NCBI GenBank assembly: GCA_051313645.2
Contig: JBNRSN020000022.1
Coordinates: 43,710,001-43,774,000, forward strand
From: Centroscyllium fabricii
Taxonomy: Eukaryota
DNA length: 64,000 bases
Direction: 5' to 3'
Shown here: positions 24,119 through 38,369 of the stretch, piece by piece
Position numbering within the stretch: position 1 is the first letter of the stretch
Layout: each line of letters opens with the position of its first letter
The notes under the pieces: generated by a model
Databases searched by the model: none
Seen by the model: only the letters and a program-made list of their open reading frames with translations
Told to the model about the DNA's origin: nothing
Position numbers and translations under genes: made by a program

Positions 24119-24269
24119 CACTAACATTAAATATCTGCAGCAGCAATTTACCTAACCAACTGAAATTCGATGATACAATGATCACTATTGCCCAGATGGA
24201 GATCAGATGTCATCTCAGGTTCACATAGAACTAAAAGGACTAAATCCAATTAAGAGTATTTTCTCTATT

Positions 24270-24500
24270 ATTTTCCCCAGCATGTTGCATCAGAAATCAA
24301 TGGTTGACAGGACCAAATATTTCTGTCTTGCCTCTCTCTAGACTTGGTTACACATTTTCGAGTATGGGAACAGTTGTTGAATTTTCCCTTCTTAACCCTG
24401 GGGCACAGAGGCCAATTGCAGGAGCTCAAATGCTGCACTAACTGAGGTTGGCTAACTTTACGCCGACTGGGAATCGAACCAGAGACCTGGTAAGAGGTCT
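24270..24500 (-). mobile_element. Old tRNA-derived SINE remnant
   Basis: B-box-like GGTTCGATTCCC on the minus strand followed by a SINE-like body; diverged. Confidence 0.4.
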
Positions 24501-24649
24501 GCAAGGCTCAATAACAATCTATCTTCACCAACTTCAACTGAAGTAAAAACAGACCAAAGAAAAAAGTTACAACCAGGCTAATCAGGATAGTTCAAGGAAC
24601 GACACTCAATCACAGGCTTAACCTGAAATCAAGTACAACTTCATTCTAC

Positions 24650-26226
24650 GGAGCAAATGTAACTCCAGTATTTAAGAAAGGAGAGAGAAACCAGGAAATT
24701 ACCTGTTCGTCCACCATCTGGTGTGGGGAAGTTATTGGAAACTATAATTAAGGACAGAGTGATTGAGCACTTAGAATAATTTGAGCTGATTCGAGACAGC
24801 CAACATGGTTCTCAAGGTAGATCATGTTTAACGAACCCAATTGAATTTTTTGAGGAAGTAACTAAAGTAGCAGACAGGGGAATTTCTATGGATGTAGTTT
24901 ATATGGACTTCCAGAAGGCTTTCGGTAAGGTTCTACATAAAAGACTGTTAGCTAAAAGCTCATGGAACTGAAGGCAAATTATTGACCTATTTAGGTAGAA
25001 GATAGAGAGCAGGAAAGAGGAGTATATACTCGAATTGGAAGGAAGTGACAAGTGGTGTCACATAAGGATCTGTGCTGGGGCCTCAACTATTCGCTATATT
25101 TATTAATGACTTAGATAACACAATAGAGAGCCATATATCCAAGTTTGCCAATAAAGATTGGTGGTATGTAGACTGAAGCATAAAATTACAAAGAGACACT
25201 GATAAATTAAGTGAGTGGGTGAAACTGTAGCAGATGGATTTCAACACAGACAAGTGTGAGGTCATCCATTTTGGACCAAAATAGGACAGATAAGAGTATT
25301 ATTTAAATGGTGAAAAGCGAGGAACAGTGGAGGTCCGAAGAGATTATGGGGTCCATGTACACAGATCATAAATTTTGTACCTGACTACTATATTTTAATC
25401 AAAAAAGCTAATGATGGAATGTTAGCCTTTATAACTATAGGGCCAAAATATAAAAGGTGAGGAAGTTTTGCTCCAGCTATACAAAGCCCTGGTGAGACTA
25501 CATCTGGAGTATTATGTAGAGTTCTGGGCACCGCACCTTAGAAAAGATATATTGTCTTTGGATGGAGTGCAGCGTAGATTCACCAGAATATTACCAGGGC
25601 TCCAAGGATTAGATTATGAGGAGAGATTACATAAACTCGGCCTGTATTCCCTGGAACATAGAAGGTTAAAGGGTGAATGGATTGAGGTTTTAGGATTTTG
25701 AAATGAATTCATAGGGTAGAGAGAGACTTTTTCCGCTAGTGGGTGAGTCAAGGACAAGGGGACAAAACCTTAAAAATCAGAGCCAGGCAATTCAGGTGAT
25801 AAGTTAGAGAAGACTTCTTCAAAGGGTGGTAGAAATACACACAGAAACACAGAAGATAGGAGGAGTAGGCCATTCGGCCCTTTGAGCCTGCTCCGCCATT
25901 TTGATGAGATCATGGCTGATCATCCAAACCCAGCACCCCCCTCCTACCCTCTCCCCATATCCCCCGACACCCCCAACTCTAAGAACTATAGCTCACACAC
26001 ATACTCATGGGCAATTTTTAGTATCACCAATTCACCTAACCTGCATGTCTTTGGGTGGTGGGAGAAAACCGGAGTACCCGGAAGAAACCCACCTGAACAC
26101 GGGGAGAACATGCAAACTCCACGTTTGTGGAAATTTGGAACTCTCTCCCACAAAAAGCAGTAGATGTTAGCCCAATTAATTATTTTAAATCGGAGATCGA
26201 TAGATTTTTGCTGGACAAGGGTATAC
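24650..26226 (+). mobile_element. Degenerate CR1 RT fragment with SINE pieces at ~25840-26120
   Basis: YMDFQKAF, LQLYKALVRLHLEYYVEFWAPHLRKD. Confidence 0.85.
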
Positions 26227-29200
26227 TGTAGAGGCATGCAGGCCTGAAGAACCACGCTGGACACAGAAGATTCGGAAAACAAGCATTTAATATTAACTCA
26301 GCTATGGCCAGGTAGCGAAAGAGAGTGAGCCACCTGGAACCAAGGTATTTAAAGGACCCGCGGTTGGTGACGTCACTGCCGGGTGTCCACCTGGCGACGT
26401 CATCACGCCGGAAGTCGCGGTGACGTCATCACGCCGCCTGGCGGGCGGGGCCGTCTCGCGGTACTCCCGCGGCGGATTCGATGGTCCTGGTGGGCGTGTC
26501 GCCACACAGCTCCCCCCCAGAATCCGTGAGGGAGAGCGAAGTTCAAGCTAAAGTAGAAAGGAGCATAAAGTAAAATAAAAAAATGGAGCATAAAAGTTGA
26601 GTCTCAGGCGAGGCGTTGAGGTGGCCTGATGATGCGGCCAGCACATGTCGTGCGCTGCTCCTTGTTCTGCGTGGGAGTGTGGGCGGGCTTTGGTGCGGTA
26701 GGGCGTCCGCGCTTTGGTGGTTGCGCGGGGACTGTTGTCTCACCCGCCATTACATGTGCCGGTTTGAGCCGGTCGATTGAGACAGTCTCAGCTCTGTTGC
26801 CCGTTTTAATCTGGAACGTTTTAGGTCCCGCCCGAAGCACTCTGTACGGTCCGTCGTACAGTGGCTGTAGTGGTGTTCGATGTGCGTCGTGGCGGACAAA
26901 CACATACTTGGCATTTGCGATGCCGTCTGGAACACGTGCTGCCGGCTCTCCGTGCCGGGCCACCGGAAGTGGTTTGAACGCCGCTGCCTGGTTATTGAAG
27001 TCTTTGAGGCAGCGGTCGGCTGACCAGGGTTCGTTGGTTTGTGCGACGAACTCGCCTGGTACGGTTAGGGGTTGTCCATAGACCAGTTCCGCCGCTGAGG
27101 CGTGCAGGTCTTCCTTAGCCGCTGAACGCAGGCCGAGCATTACCCAGGGCAGGCGGTCGGTCCAGGTCGCGTCTTTGAGGCTGGCTCGCAAGGAAGCTTT
27201 GATGGAGCGGTGGAACCGTTCGCAGAGGCCATTGGCCTGTGGGTGGTAGGCGGTGGTTCGGTGCAGGGTTGCCCCGAGGTCGTGGGCGATGGTTGCCCAT
27301 AGGGTTGAGGTAAATTGGGGGCCCCTGTCTGATGTGATGTCGGTGGGGACACCGAAACATGCGACCCAGGTGGCAATGAAGGCCCTGGCCAGGTCCGCGG
27401 TGGTGGTAGCGGTGAGGGGGACCGCTTCTGGCCAGCGGGTGCTGCGGTCGACCATGGTCATGACATGTGTATGTCCCCGTGATGGTGGTAGTGGTCCGAC
27501 CAGGTCGATGTGGACGTGGCTGAAGCGTCTAGTTGGGATGGCGATCGTTTCCACTGGTGCCTTGATGTGCTTGTGCACCTTGGCGCGCTGGCAGGCATTG
27601 CAGGAGTTGGTCCAGGCGTGGACATCCTTGCGCAGGCCACGCCAAACGAATCGCGCAGAGATCAGCTTTGTGGACGCGCGGACACCGGGGTGGGACAGGT
27701 CATGGAGGGTCTGGAAGATGTGTCGCCTCCATGCGTGGGGGACGACGGGTCTGGGCTGCGGGAGGGAGACGTCGCAGCAGACCTCCGTGGCTGTGGGCCC
27801 ATGTGCTACGGTGGCCAAGAGCAGGCCGGGGAGGTTGGTAGCTGGGTCGAGCAGATCGGGGTCGGTCAGTTGGTCGGCCGCCAGTTTGGCGTAGTCGACG
27901 GCCGTTTGAACGGAGTTGATGGTGGGGCGTGAGAGGCAGTCAGCGACCACGTTGTCGCGGCCGGCGATGTGCTGAATGTCGGTGGTAAATTACGACACAG
28001 CCGCGAGCTGGCGCTGCTGCCTGGCCGACCAGGGTTCAGAGATCTTAGCCATTGCAGACACAAGTGGCCTGTGATCCACGAAGGCTGTAAAGTGGCGGCC
28101 CTCTAGGAGGAAGCAGAAGTGGCGCACCGCGAGGTAGAGAGCGAGTAGCTCCCTATCGAAGGCGCTGTACTTGACCTCCGGGGGCAGGAGTTGCCGGCTG
28201 AAAAAGGCCAGGGGTTGCCAGGAGTCGCCTGTCCACTGCTCAAAGACTGCTCCGACGGCGCGGTCGGAGGCGTCGGTGGTGAGGGCTACTCTGGCGTTGG
28301 GCCTAGGGTGGGCTAGGAGCGTGGCGTTGGCCAGGGCGGTTTTGGTTGCGGTAAAGGCGGTGGAGGCTTCGGCCGTCCACTCGACCGCAGCCTTGTTGGA
28401 CTGGCCGCGGGTGGCGTGGTAGAGGGGTGCCATGAGAGCGGCTGCTCCTGGGATGAAGCGGTTGTAGAAATTAACCATCCCGAGGAATTCCTGCAGCCCC
28501 TTGATGGAGTGCGGGCGGGGGAATTCCTGGACTGCCTGCACCTTGGAGGGCAGGGGTATGGCCCCGGTCTGGGAGATGTGGTGGCCGAGGAAGTCGATCG
28601 TCTCGAGGCCGAATCGACATTTGGAGGGGCTTAATATAAGGCCGTGTTCGGCCAGGCGGTTGAAAAGGGCCCTGAGATGGAGGAGGTGTTCCTGGGGGGA
28701 GGTGCTGGCCACGAGGATGTCGTCTAGATAGACGAACGTGAACTGCAAGTCCCGGAGGACTGAGTCCATGAGGCGTTGGAAGGCCTGGGCCGCGTTTTTG
28801 AGTCCGAAGGGCATTCGGAGGAATTCAAATAATCCAAATGGGGTAATGACGGCTGTCTTAGGGACGTCCGCCGGGTGCACTGGTACCTGGTGGTAGCCCC
28901 GTACCAGGTCGATCTTGGAAAAGACCGTGCAGCCGGCTAGCCTTGCTGAGAAATCTTGGATGTGGGGGACGGGGTACCTGTCTGGGGTGGTGGCGTTGTT
29001 GAGGCGGCGGTAGTCTCCGCAGGGGCGCCAGCCACCGCCGGGTTTGGGGGCAATGTGGAGGGGGGAGGCCCAGGGGCTGCTGGAGCGGCGGATTATGCCG
29101 AGTTGTTCCATGATGTGGAACTCGGCGCGCGCGATCTCCAGCTTGGCCGGGTCCAGCCTGCGTGCGTGGGCGTGGACTGGAGGGCCTGTGGTAGTGATGT

Positions 29201-29433
29201 GATGCTCCACCCCATGCTTGGCCGTGCGGGCTGTGAAGGTGGGGTTGGTGAGGGCTGGGAACTCCGCGAGCAGCGTGGCGTACGTGTCGGAGTTCCGGGC
29301 TCGGCAGTGGGACGCTGCGTGGGTCTGGTGTGCCGGCCCTGTGGAGCATGAGATGGTCGACATGTTGTGGATGTCGACCAGGCGGCGTCGGGTAACGTCG
29401 ACCAGGAGGCCGTGGGCGCAGAGAAAGTCGGCC
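26227..29433 (-). mobile_element. 5'-truncated Ty3/Gypsy LTR retrotransposon (end of PR, RT, RNase H, IN, PPT, 3' LTR 26227-26506)
   Basis: ORFs 27990..29363 (WRPCGDYRRLN, FVYLDDIL, TDASD) and 26604..27950 (HHCC zinc finger, DD-E integrase, GPY) separated by a TAA replacing Glu; PPT GGGGGGGAG; TG...CA LTR; close relative of 51899-56791. Confidence 0.95.
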
Positions 29434-30589
29434 TACATATTTGTATTTTATTGCCTTTCGTAGGAATTGATACCAAGGCATACTTAAGCGATGTAAATGT
29501 TTATAGTGACAGTGATATATGACTGATAGTTACATAAGCAAAGGGCACCCAGAACACCTACTTTGTGATTTTCCATGGTGACCGGTTTCAAGTTAAGTAT
29601 TTTTTCTGTTAAAAGTGAATATTTTAGATTTATTAGAATACATGATAAGTACCCTAAAAGAATCAGCCATTTCACAACATGGAGTTATTTGAAATTGTAT
29701 TTGGCACTGTGCATTGGAGCATCGATTCAAACCAGCATACAGTTGGGGTAATCAGAGGTCAACTTATTGCTACTTGCTCTCAGGCACATCCTAGAAACTA
29801 GCCGAGTGCGTCACTGACTCCAGTTGATGTGTGGTCTACTAAGGCCACTGCAATGGTCAGCATTTTACTATATTCTACTTATTGCGCAGTTGTGTAGGAA
29901 AAACCTTACTGGTAGAACAGCATGAAGGTGGAACTTAAATTAAAGCAGGAATTACTTTTTCTGTAATGTTGTAAACACAACCTAAACACCTATGCTGTAA
30001 CGATGATGCTAATGCACGGCACAAGAGACAGAAATCAATGGAAGAATTAGTTTGCATTTAACCTATCCTGACCCACAATTGTCCTCTTCCGTCGCTACCC
30101 TCACTTTACGATTGCAAAGAAAAAATACAACAAAAAAAAAAAAATCGGTAATAGCACCTATAGCAGAAACTTAATAGACTAATCGAAAAGCTAATATTTT
30201 AGTACACATGAATGTCCTTTTTCCAACAAGGCTTTTCTGCATTGTTTTAATTACATTTAATCTTATACAAGAGGGTGCTTTACCCCAGTACACTGTCTAA
30301 TTTCAAATATCATGCGGTTTAGGGTGATTTACCTTTCCTTTAAGGTCTGTGAAATTTAGTGAACGTTTACTAAATCCCAATAGGTCAAACATGAATTTTG
30401 AAGAACTTCAGAGAAAAGTTTGATTATGTATAAATTTATATGCTGATCTGAAAAATTACAATTTAACTATAATCAAATTTTAGTGTATTATAATATGCAG
30501 CATCCATTGAAAGACAAACAGTAAAATCCCACAATCTGTTCCACAGAAGAAAAATACTAAATTTATAGTGAAATAAAGCTGTTCAATTG

Positions 30590-30745
30590 TCGTAAAAACC
30601 AAACTGGTTCACGAATATCCTTTAGGGAAAGAAATTTGCTGTCCTTACATCGTCTGGCCTATACGTGACTCCAGTCCTACACCAAAACATGGTTGACTTT
30701 TAACTGCCCTATAAAATGGCCTAGCAAGCCACTCAGTTATAGTAA
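30590..30745 (+). mobile_element. SINE body fragment
   Basis: GTAAAAACC..CTGGTTCAC..TCCTTTAGGGAA..GTGACTCCAG..ATGGCCTAGCAAGCCACTCAGTT resembles a common elasmobranch SINE; no head or tail. Confidence 0.45.
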
Positions 30746-32289
30746 ACCGCTACGAAAAATATATTTTTGCAAGGGAGGCGCAACAGTGACCTCACCAGAC
30801 ACAAGAATGTCATTAGTGACAAAACACAGATTATCAAATAATTTTACATTATTTTAGTGAATTATTCAGGTAACTAGATTTATATTTACACATGCCCTGT
30901 AACAGTCATTTTCAAAACAGCACGCTGGACCTTCAAACCCTCACTACCACACTTGTTCCAGCATAACGTAGACTAATCCTGAATTAACCCTCAATTCACC
31001 ACAATAACGCCAATATCAGCACTTATTCTGCTGCTTTAGATCCCCACGGTGTTTTCTCAATAACTAAATATCTATGGACTTTAGTCTGACCAGGCCTTTC
31101 AAGCTTTGCTCCCCAGAACACCGATTCCCCACCTACATGATTAGTCCTGCTATATATTCTCCTGCAGCATGAAAAAAGGTAAAAAAATATTTCCATTCAC
31201 CGTACTAAAGATCTAAGTAAATTAGCCAGCTCAGTTTTTACTGCAATATAGTTTCCTCAAATTATGCAACTTCCATGCAACATTCTCTGCCATCTTGCTT
31301 GTTCCTTTCTTCAAATTGATCACCTAAAATACTAACGGGGCAGGGAAGCAAACCTTTACCTACAACATATGATCTTTGCTTCAACATTTATGAACCAAAA
31401 GAAACCTTACTGTACAGCTACACTGTCATATTGTTCAAATAATTCCACATATTTGAGCTCTGGAAAAGCTTTTATACATGTATAATAAAATTATGTTTTT
31501 ATTTTAAACTAGCCAGCAGTGAATTTCCCCATTTAATTTTACTCAGGATTATAAGGCTGGAGAAAGTCAATCATCGTCTTTTACAGCTAAGCCATCATTG
31601 TAATTCTTTGAGGAGAGGAAATTAAGCATGTTTGCACGTTGGTAGAGAACAAAGGCAAATTTTCTCCAAGTGCTCTCACAAACAAGTACTGTGAACTCTG
31701 GAAACATAATCCCCCTGCTTTAACATGCTTCTGTCTATCTATGCAGCTTCTGTCTATCCATGCACTAAATTATACATGTCAACTTTCTCTGCTGACTTCC
31801 GCAGAAGGTACCAGCTGTTTTCTTGCTCAGCCAATCCAGTCATAAAAATAGACTCTTCACAGCATGCAGCATTTTCTCAAGTGTCTCAATAATATTCATT
31901 AGGTCACAAATATAAAAGTTTTAATAAAGGTCGATTTATATCCATACTGTTTGTACGAACATGCTAAAGAAAAAAACAGCTACTTCTCGACTGCCATAAA
32001 ACCAAAAGACACACCATATCACAAAACCCAAGTACCCCCGTCAATCTTTTATTGATCAGCATGGTCACTAGGCTTATTTAGGATATTTCTACCAATACAC
32101 AGTAGAAATAAAACTTAAACCAAAGGACTTTAATGTTTTGCCAATGTACTTGTATATCAGTGAAACCGCCTTCATATTTAATATTTCTGAATTGTTAACT
32201 GTCACCAGTGAGCCATCTGTGGGCCTTTACACATTCAAGTCTAGCTCCCTTATCCTGGCAGTGGACTTGTAGGTCCATGAACATTTGGA

Positions 32290-32560
32290 CAGAATGTGCA
32301 GATGCTGCCCTTTTCAAAGAATTTTATATCTCCAATGGGATCAAGCAGAACTGTGTTCTTGCAACAAACCTTTCAGCAGTAATAGATGTTGTTACAAAAG
32401 ATTGGAATGCGAAGGTTCCCATTAGATTTGGTACATCTGGGAACCTCTTCAAATTGAACAGGCTGCATAGTTCAACCATGATCTGAGAGAAGCTCATTTG
32501 TAAATTTCTGTTTGCTGACGACTGTGCACTCAAAGAAAACCCAAAATATCTACAACTAAA
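32290..32560 (+). mobile_element. Ancient RTE-clade LINE RT fragment
   Basis: NGIKQNCVLA...IRFGTSGNLFKLNRL...KFLFADDCAL matches the RTE pattern GVKQGCVLAP...G.LFNL.RL...LLFADD.AL. Confidence 0.7.
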
Positions 32561-34483
32561 TTGTAAATATCTCGAGTCATTCCTTCTTTCAACAATCTTC
32601 AAGCTTTTGAAACCCAAACACAGCATCACCTAATCACTATTTCCTAATCTATCTTTTACTGATGTCCTCTATTGAGAGACTTGGCCCTGTATCTTACTTT
32701 GCTTGACAGTAGTTGATTTGTCGTAACCAATACAGTTAAAAAAATACTGCTAGGTAAGTAGGGGTGTCTAAACTACAGTCCGTTAGCAATTTTTAGCCCT
32801 CAAACTCTGATAATCTAGTCCACAAAGACCAAGCAACTCAGTTCAACTTCTGCTTATACTTCTTACTCGCTCATTTGTCACGTTTGATTTTCATACGCCT
32901 GAAGGTTTAGAAACAGTTGTTCTTGGTTCTGTTGCCTCATTGGGGAATGAATCCTATATTAGAATATCAAGACGAGTTAGTAGACACCGTTTGAAATATA
33001 TGAAAATTAATAGGAACACTGATTTAAACTTACTATATGTGGTGCTCTAGGTTCCATTGCAAGCACCAAATGTCCCAGAAAGACAAAAAAAAAGTTCAAA
33101 TACATGCATTCACCTGGTCAAGATTTATCAACTTCACATGGAAGCTGATTTATGCGCACTTTGTATTATAAAAGTTTGCTTGAGGTCACCAGTGAGTAGG
33201 TCTCAAGTATTTAAACATGTGCATATGTGTTGTGTAGGTGTATTTGTCTAGAGTAAGTTTAGTTCTATTTTCTCTATTTTGACTGGGCAGAATAAATGAC
33301 CAGTGATTGAGTCAAGGCTTGCACGTGTTTCAATGTACAGAGATGTATTAACTTATCCACTGTATGCAAATAGAGTAGTGAACATTTTTGGAATTACAGT
33401 ATTAGATTTGGCAAATGTTCAAAAGGCTCTGGGCATGGTAATGCTGGCAGAAAGCCAGATATTGAGTACTTTATTGTAACAACCAGCTGAAAACTGTTTA
33501 AAAAATGAGGAAAATTATAGTATTAATGGTATAGCCACTTACCATCTGTTCATAGAACACTTCACACTGTTTGAAAACTACTGATTAATAGTTTGTAAAT
33601 GATAATACATGGTGGTAATGTAAATTCATTGGGTTGTCATTTTTAATTATTGTACTTAATTTGAATTTGAATGTCATAACTAAATGGACAGTCTAAAGCT
33701 TTTTTCTTCTGTGTAATTACAATTAATATTGTTCCTCATTTGTTTAACTTCAACAGCCAAGAGATATTGCCCCACTTAATTGGAGGAAAGCAGCTAAGCA
33801 AGCGTTTCTCAGGAGTTTTATATTATTTGAAATCACGTGGTTCTCTCTAATCCCATTTAAAGGCACTGTATATTGCAAGTCTTCCTTTATACAAGGTAGT
33901 CCTCAGGTCATTATCTCCAGTTCACAGTAAGATTCACTGCTATGGTCATCAATTAATTACAATTTTGTAACTTGCTGAGGGGTTACCAGTATATTTTTTG
34001 TAAACATCAGATAGAGCATGTCCTGATATAATAATTAACAACACATACATAATGAATTCTGCCAAACAGACCATTATGTTATCAAGGCTCAACACAACAT
34101 CATTTTCAGGTCAGTAGAAGGGCTTTCCCCCCCTCTGTTCATCAATGAAGAAAAAGAACATTCTTCATCATTGAAGTACTATTTCCATACTTTTGAGGTA
34201 TGCCCATTAATCATCTAGTGGAAAAGCACAGAGAATGGCCAGAAGCATCACTGAAGATTGCTGGTATGATCTTGAAATTGATTTGAAGGTGATTTTAGCT
34301 AATGTACTGGTTTGAGGCAAAGTAGGCTCTGTGAGGTCTTGGGCAAAGAAAGCTACCTGTGAAATCAATCAGCAGCAATGCCCAACAGTTATTAATAATC
34401 TGAGTGGAATAATGAAACACTGAGTGTGGTAAGAAATTACACAGGTTCTGGGAAAGAATGAGATACACATCTTGATTTTAATA

Positions 34484-34823
34484 CAAGTTGAGCACCGGTA
34501 ATCCGGCACCCGACGGTCCGGCAGCTTCAGTGGTCCGGCACGATTAGAAACCGGCGCTCTTCATTTTGCGGAGCAGCCGCTCGGCGGCGCCACCGTTTCC
34601 CGGGAAGGGTGAGCGACCGCCGAAGGCGTCGGTCGTTTGGGTTTCTGTTTTTTTAGGTTTTGTAAGTGTTCTATCCCCAGGCTCCCTCCCGGGGAGTGCT
34701 CTAGCCGCGTGCTCCGGGGAGTGTTCTACCGCGCGCTCCCCCCGAACCTTCAGTGGCCCGGAATTTTCAGTGGTCCAGCACCAGCCTGGTCCCGAGTGTG
34801 CCGGATTAACGGTGCTCAACCTG
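34484..34823. mobile_element. Short Tigger-like MITE
   Basis: TA-CAAGTTGAGCACCGGTAATCCGGCAC ... GTGCCGGATTAACGGTGCTCAACCTG-TA. Confidence 0.85.
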
Positions 34824-35415
34824 TATAGGGTTATGCAATGAGGAGGAAAAGGATGCAAGACAGGAAATTTCAAACTCTAGAAAAAAAATAAAGGAAATGT
34901 CAGAGGAGTAGTAACTAGGAACCATAGGGGTACAGATTTCTTTCAAAACGAGATAAAGCTATATCTCTTTATAATCATTATAAAAACAAAATTTGGAACA
35001 CATTTCCTTTCCATCACACTTAAATTTCTGTGTCACACAAAGAAAAGTATAAAGAAATAAAGGAACTCTCCGGGAACTCAAAAGTCAGGATAGGATGTCT
35101 GCATTTTCTTATTTGATATCTGTATAAACTCATCGTGTTTATATAACAGCAATTAGACTTTGCAGCCTGAAAGGAACACACACCTATAATTTAGCAAAAT
35201 AATATATTGTTCTACACAGTATAATATTCCTGTCCTTACAACAGCACACCCCAAGACTTACCATGACCAGTACCACTGGAAATTCATTAGTATGCAATAA
35301 AAACCATGCATGTGTGTCAGTCATACTTCAGGTGACATATATGCAAATTTGTATCACACTTGGGGGGGGGGGGGGGGGGGAAGGGAAAAGGGAAGGAAAC
35401 AGCCAAAAATTGGTT

Positions 35416-36149
35416 GGCCCAGAAATTCCCGTCAGCGCATATCGGGTTTAAACCCGCAGGAAGCAGCCAGAGCGCACGCTTCGGGACTTCCTGTGCCGCC
35501 CAGCAGGGGGGGGGGGGGGGGTCGCTGCTTCCTGCGAGGTCCAGCGCAGGAAGCAGCGAACTACGGGAGCGCCCAGACTTCCCGATGTTTTTTTAAACTT
35601 TTTCTACGGACCAAGAGAAGAGAATTCAACGCTGGAAAAAAGCAGTCGTTAACACCCGTTTTCATCTGGCAAGTGTGTATTTTATTGATTTTAATTGTTG
35701 TTTTTTCAGGTTTTTAATTGTTGATAACTTTAAAGACAGGTAAGTATTTTTTTAGACCTGTTGGAAGTGAAAACGTTTTTCTGCAAATTTTTATTTTTTC
35801 TTTAAAATAGGTTATTTGTGTTAGTTGGGGTAATGTTTAAAAAATGTGGTATTTGTAAAATTTTATTTTTGTGTTTAGATGTCTTTTGAGAATCTCTCCA
35901 TTCAAAACTCGCACAGATTTCTCTGGAAGTTTTGAACGGAGAATTGCTTTCACTGATTGGCTCCCTGCCAATCACGTGGTCTCAAAAGCCACTTCGCACT
36001 AATTACGCCCTATGAAACTCGCATGGAGCTCTGACAGGCTGGGCTAACGGGAATTTCTCAGTGCAAAAAAGCAAAACTGAATATGGGCAATTAAAGTGTG
36101 TTAAGCAGGTTCTGCACCCGCACGAAGGCTCCACTGCAATTTCTGGGCC
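35416..36149. mobile_element. Harbinger-like non-autonomous transposon, family copy 2
   Basis: TIR GGCCCAGAAATT / AATTTCTGGGCC. Confidence 0.75.
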
Positions 36150-36717
36150 AATGTCTTGACAAATTCCTTGGGAACAGAAAACACCTCATTGGCACAGAGT
36201 CAAAATGTTTGTAGCTTCTTAATCAATCTTCGCAATCACACCTGGGTTCTAACCTACAACCTGAAGAGCAATGCAACTGATAACCTAACTCAGTGTTTAC
36301 ATTTTTGTGATCTGAAAGGGAAACAGTTTCTCCATAGCAACAGAACACCACACTATGACGCCCTACCCTTACAGAATAGAGCATTATCCAACACCATGAG
36401 CAAAACCATGAAATGAATATATAAGAGAGGGGTTGTTTAATTAGACTTTTTCTATTTTATCCTAACCAGGAATAGAAGACAGGTCCCAGATATGATAATA
36501 TTTAAATGCTGGACAGACTTCAGATTTAGAGATTTAAGAGTTGTTGCAGAAAAGAACAAACCAAGCTAATTGGCAGTAGCTTTAGCCCGTATGGTTCAAG
36601 GAGCTGAGCGAGTTCCATATGTCAGAGGAGATAGTAAGGCCAAGGATTGTGACAGATGAAGGAGTACAAAGGGTAGAATCAAAAGGTAAGAAGAAGTGGT
36701 AGCTCTTGGTCAGATTT

Positions 36718-37765
36718 GGCTCGACAGGGATCGAGGGATATGGGGACAAGGCAGGGACAGGGTGCTGGGTTTGGATGATCAGCCATGATCGCATTGAATG
36801 GCAGAGCAGGCTCGAGGGGCCGAATGGCCTACTCCTGCTCCTATCTTCTATGTTTCTATGTTTCTATTTGCAAGAGAAATTCAGAAATTGTACCTTTGAA
36901 CAACTGAGAGGGACAAGATTTTCACTGCCCCATTAAAAGCAATGGAGAGATTAAAAAAGGTAAAGATTCATCTTGGTGTCAAAAACAAGGCGGCAGATTA
37001 TTATCTGAACGGCAATAGATTGGGAGTAGGGGAAGTGCAATGAGACCTGGGCGTTCTTGTGCACCAGTCGCTGAAGGTAAGCATGCAGGTGCAGCAGGCA
37101 GTTAAGAAGGCAAACGGTATGTTGGCCTTCGTAGCAAGAGGGTTTGAGTACAGGAACAAGATGTCTTGCTGCAGTTGTACAGGGCCTTGGTGAGACCACA
37201 TCTTGAATATTGTGTGCAGTTTTGGTCGCCTTACCTAAGGAAGGATGTTCTTGCCATGGAAGGAGTACAGCAAAGATTCACTAGGCTGATGCCTGGGATG
37301 GCAGGAATGACGTATGAGGAGAGATTGGGGTCAATTGGGCTTGTACTCGCTGGAGTTTAGAAGAATGAGAGGGGATCTCATTGAAACGTATAAAATTCTA
37401 ACAGGACTGGACAGACTAGATGCAGGAAGGATGTTCTCTATGGTGGGGGAGTCCAGAACCAGGGGTCACAGTCTAAGGATAAGGGGTAAATCATTTAGGA
37501 CAGAGATGAGGAGGAATTTCTTCACCCAGAGAGTGGTGAACCTGTGGAATTGTCTACCACAGAAGGCAGTAGAGACCAATTCATTAAATATATTCAAGAA
37601 GGAGTTGGATATATTTCTTAAGGCTAAAGGGATCAAGGGATAGGGGGAGAAAGCAGGGACAGGGTACTGAATTTGGCTGATCAGCCATGATCGCATTGAA
37701 TGGTGGAGCAGGCTCGAGGGGCCGAATGGCCTACTCCTGCTCCTATCTTCTATGTTTCTATGTTT
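36718..37765 (+). mobile_element. SINE tail (36718-36866) and CR1 3' fragment (~36960-37765)
   Basis: LQLYRALVRPHLEYCVQFWSPYLRKD, RRMRGDLIETYKIL; TTCTATGTTTCTATG tails. Confidence 0.9.
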
Positions 37766-38369
37766 TATTCACTGCATTTTGAAAGGACTGGTTTTGAACA
37801 TTGAGGAGCAACCTGAAGGAAGTTGATGAATGAAGAGTGGAATCAATACCAGATAGGAGAGTGTGATCTCCTAACAAATAACGGAGCCAACACGAAGAAT
37901 CAACTCAGAAACAGGTCTTTACTTGACAAACTCCAACACTACACTGAACTCGAAAGCCCACGAAACGTGTGATGACGTCACCACGTTGGGTCACGTGAGG
38001 TCCGTTTTCCCTCGCTCTTAAAGGGGAGGGGAGACATACATGTTAAAGGGGATTATACATAGAGTTTCTATATACCGACATTTACTGTCGGATGTGGGAC
38101 TGCCACAGGTTGGGTTGAATGAGGAGTGGAGGAAGTCATTGATCTGAAAAAGGATGATTGAGAGAAAACATTTTGGAAAGAATCAAAGGACTAGCCTAAA
38201 TTGCAGCACAAATACAACAATTTGAGAGGAATTTACAAAGCCCTGAATATAGCCTTAGTAGGAATCCACATGATAGTATTAGATGACATGGGTGAAGAGG
38301 GTTAAAATATAGAATGCTGACTCCAATAAAATAAAGAAACAGCACACAAATGCAGACAGAAGATTCAAT

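Noticed and set aside
37862-38080. Possible solo LTR with TGACGTCA and TCACGTGA motifs
   Set aside because: TG...CA ends are plausible, but no TSD or second copy could be found in the window.
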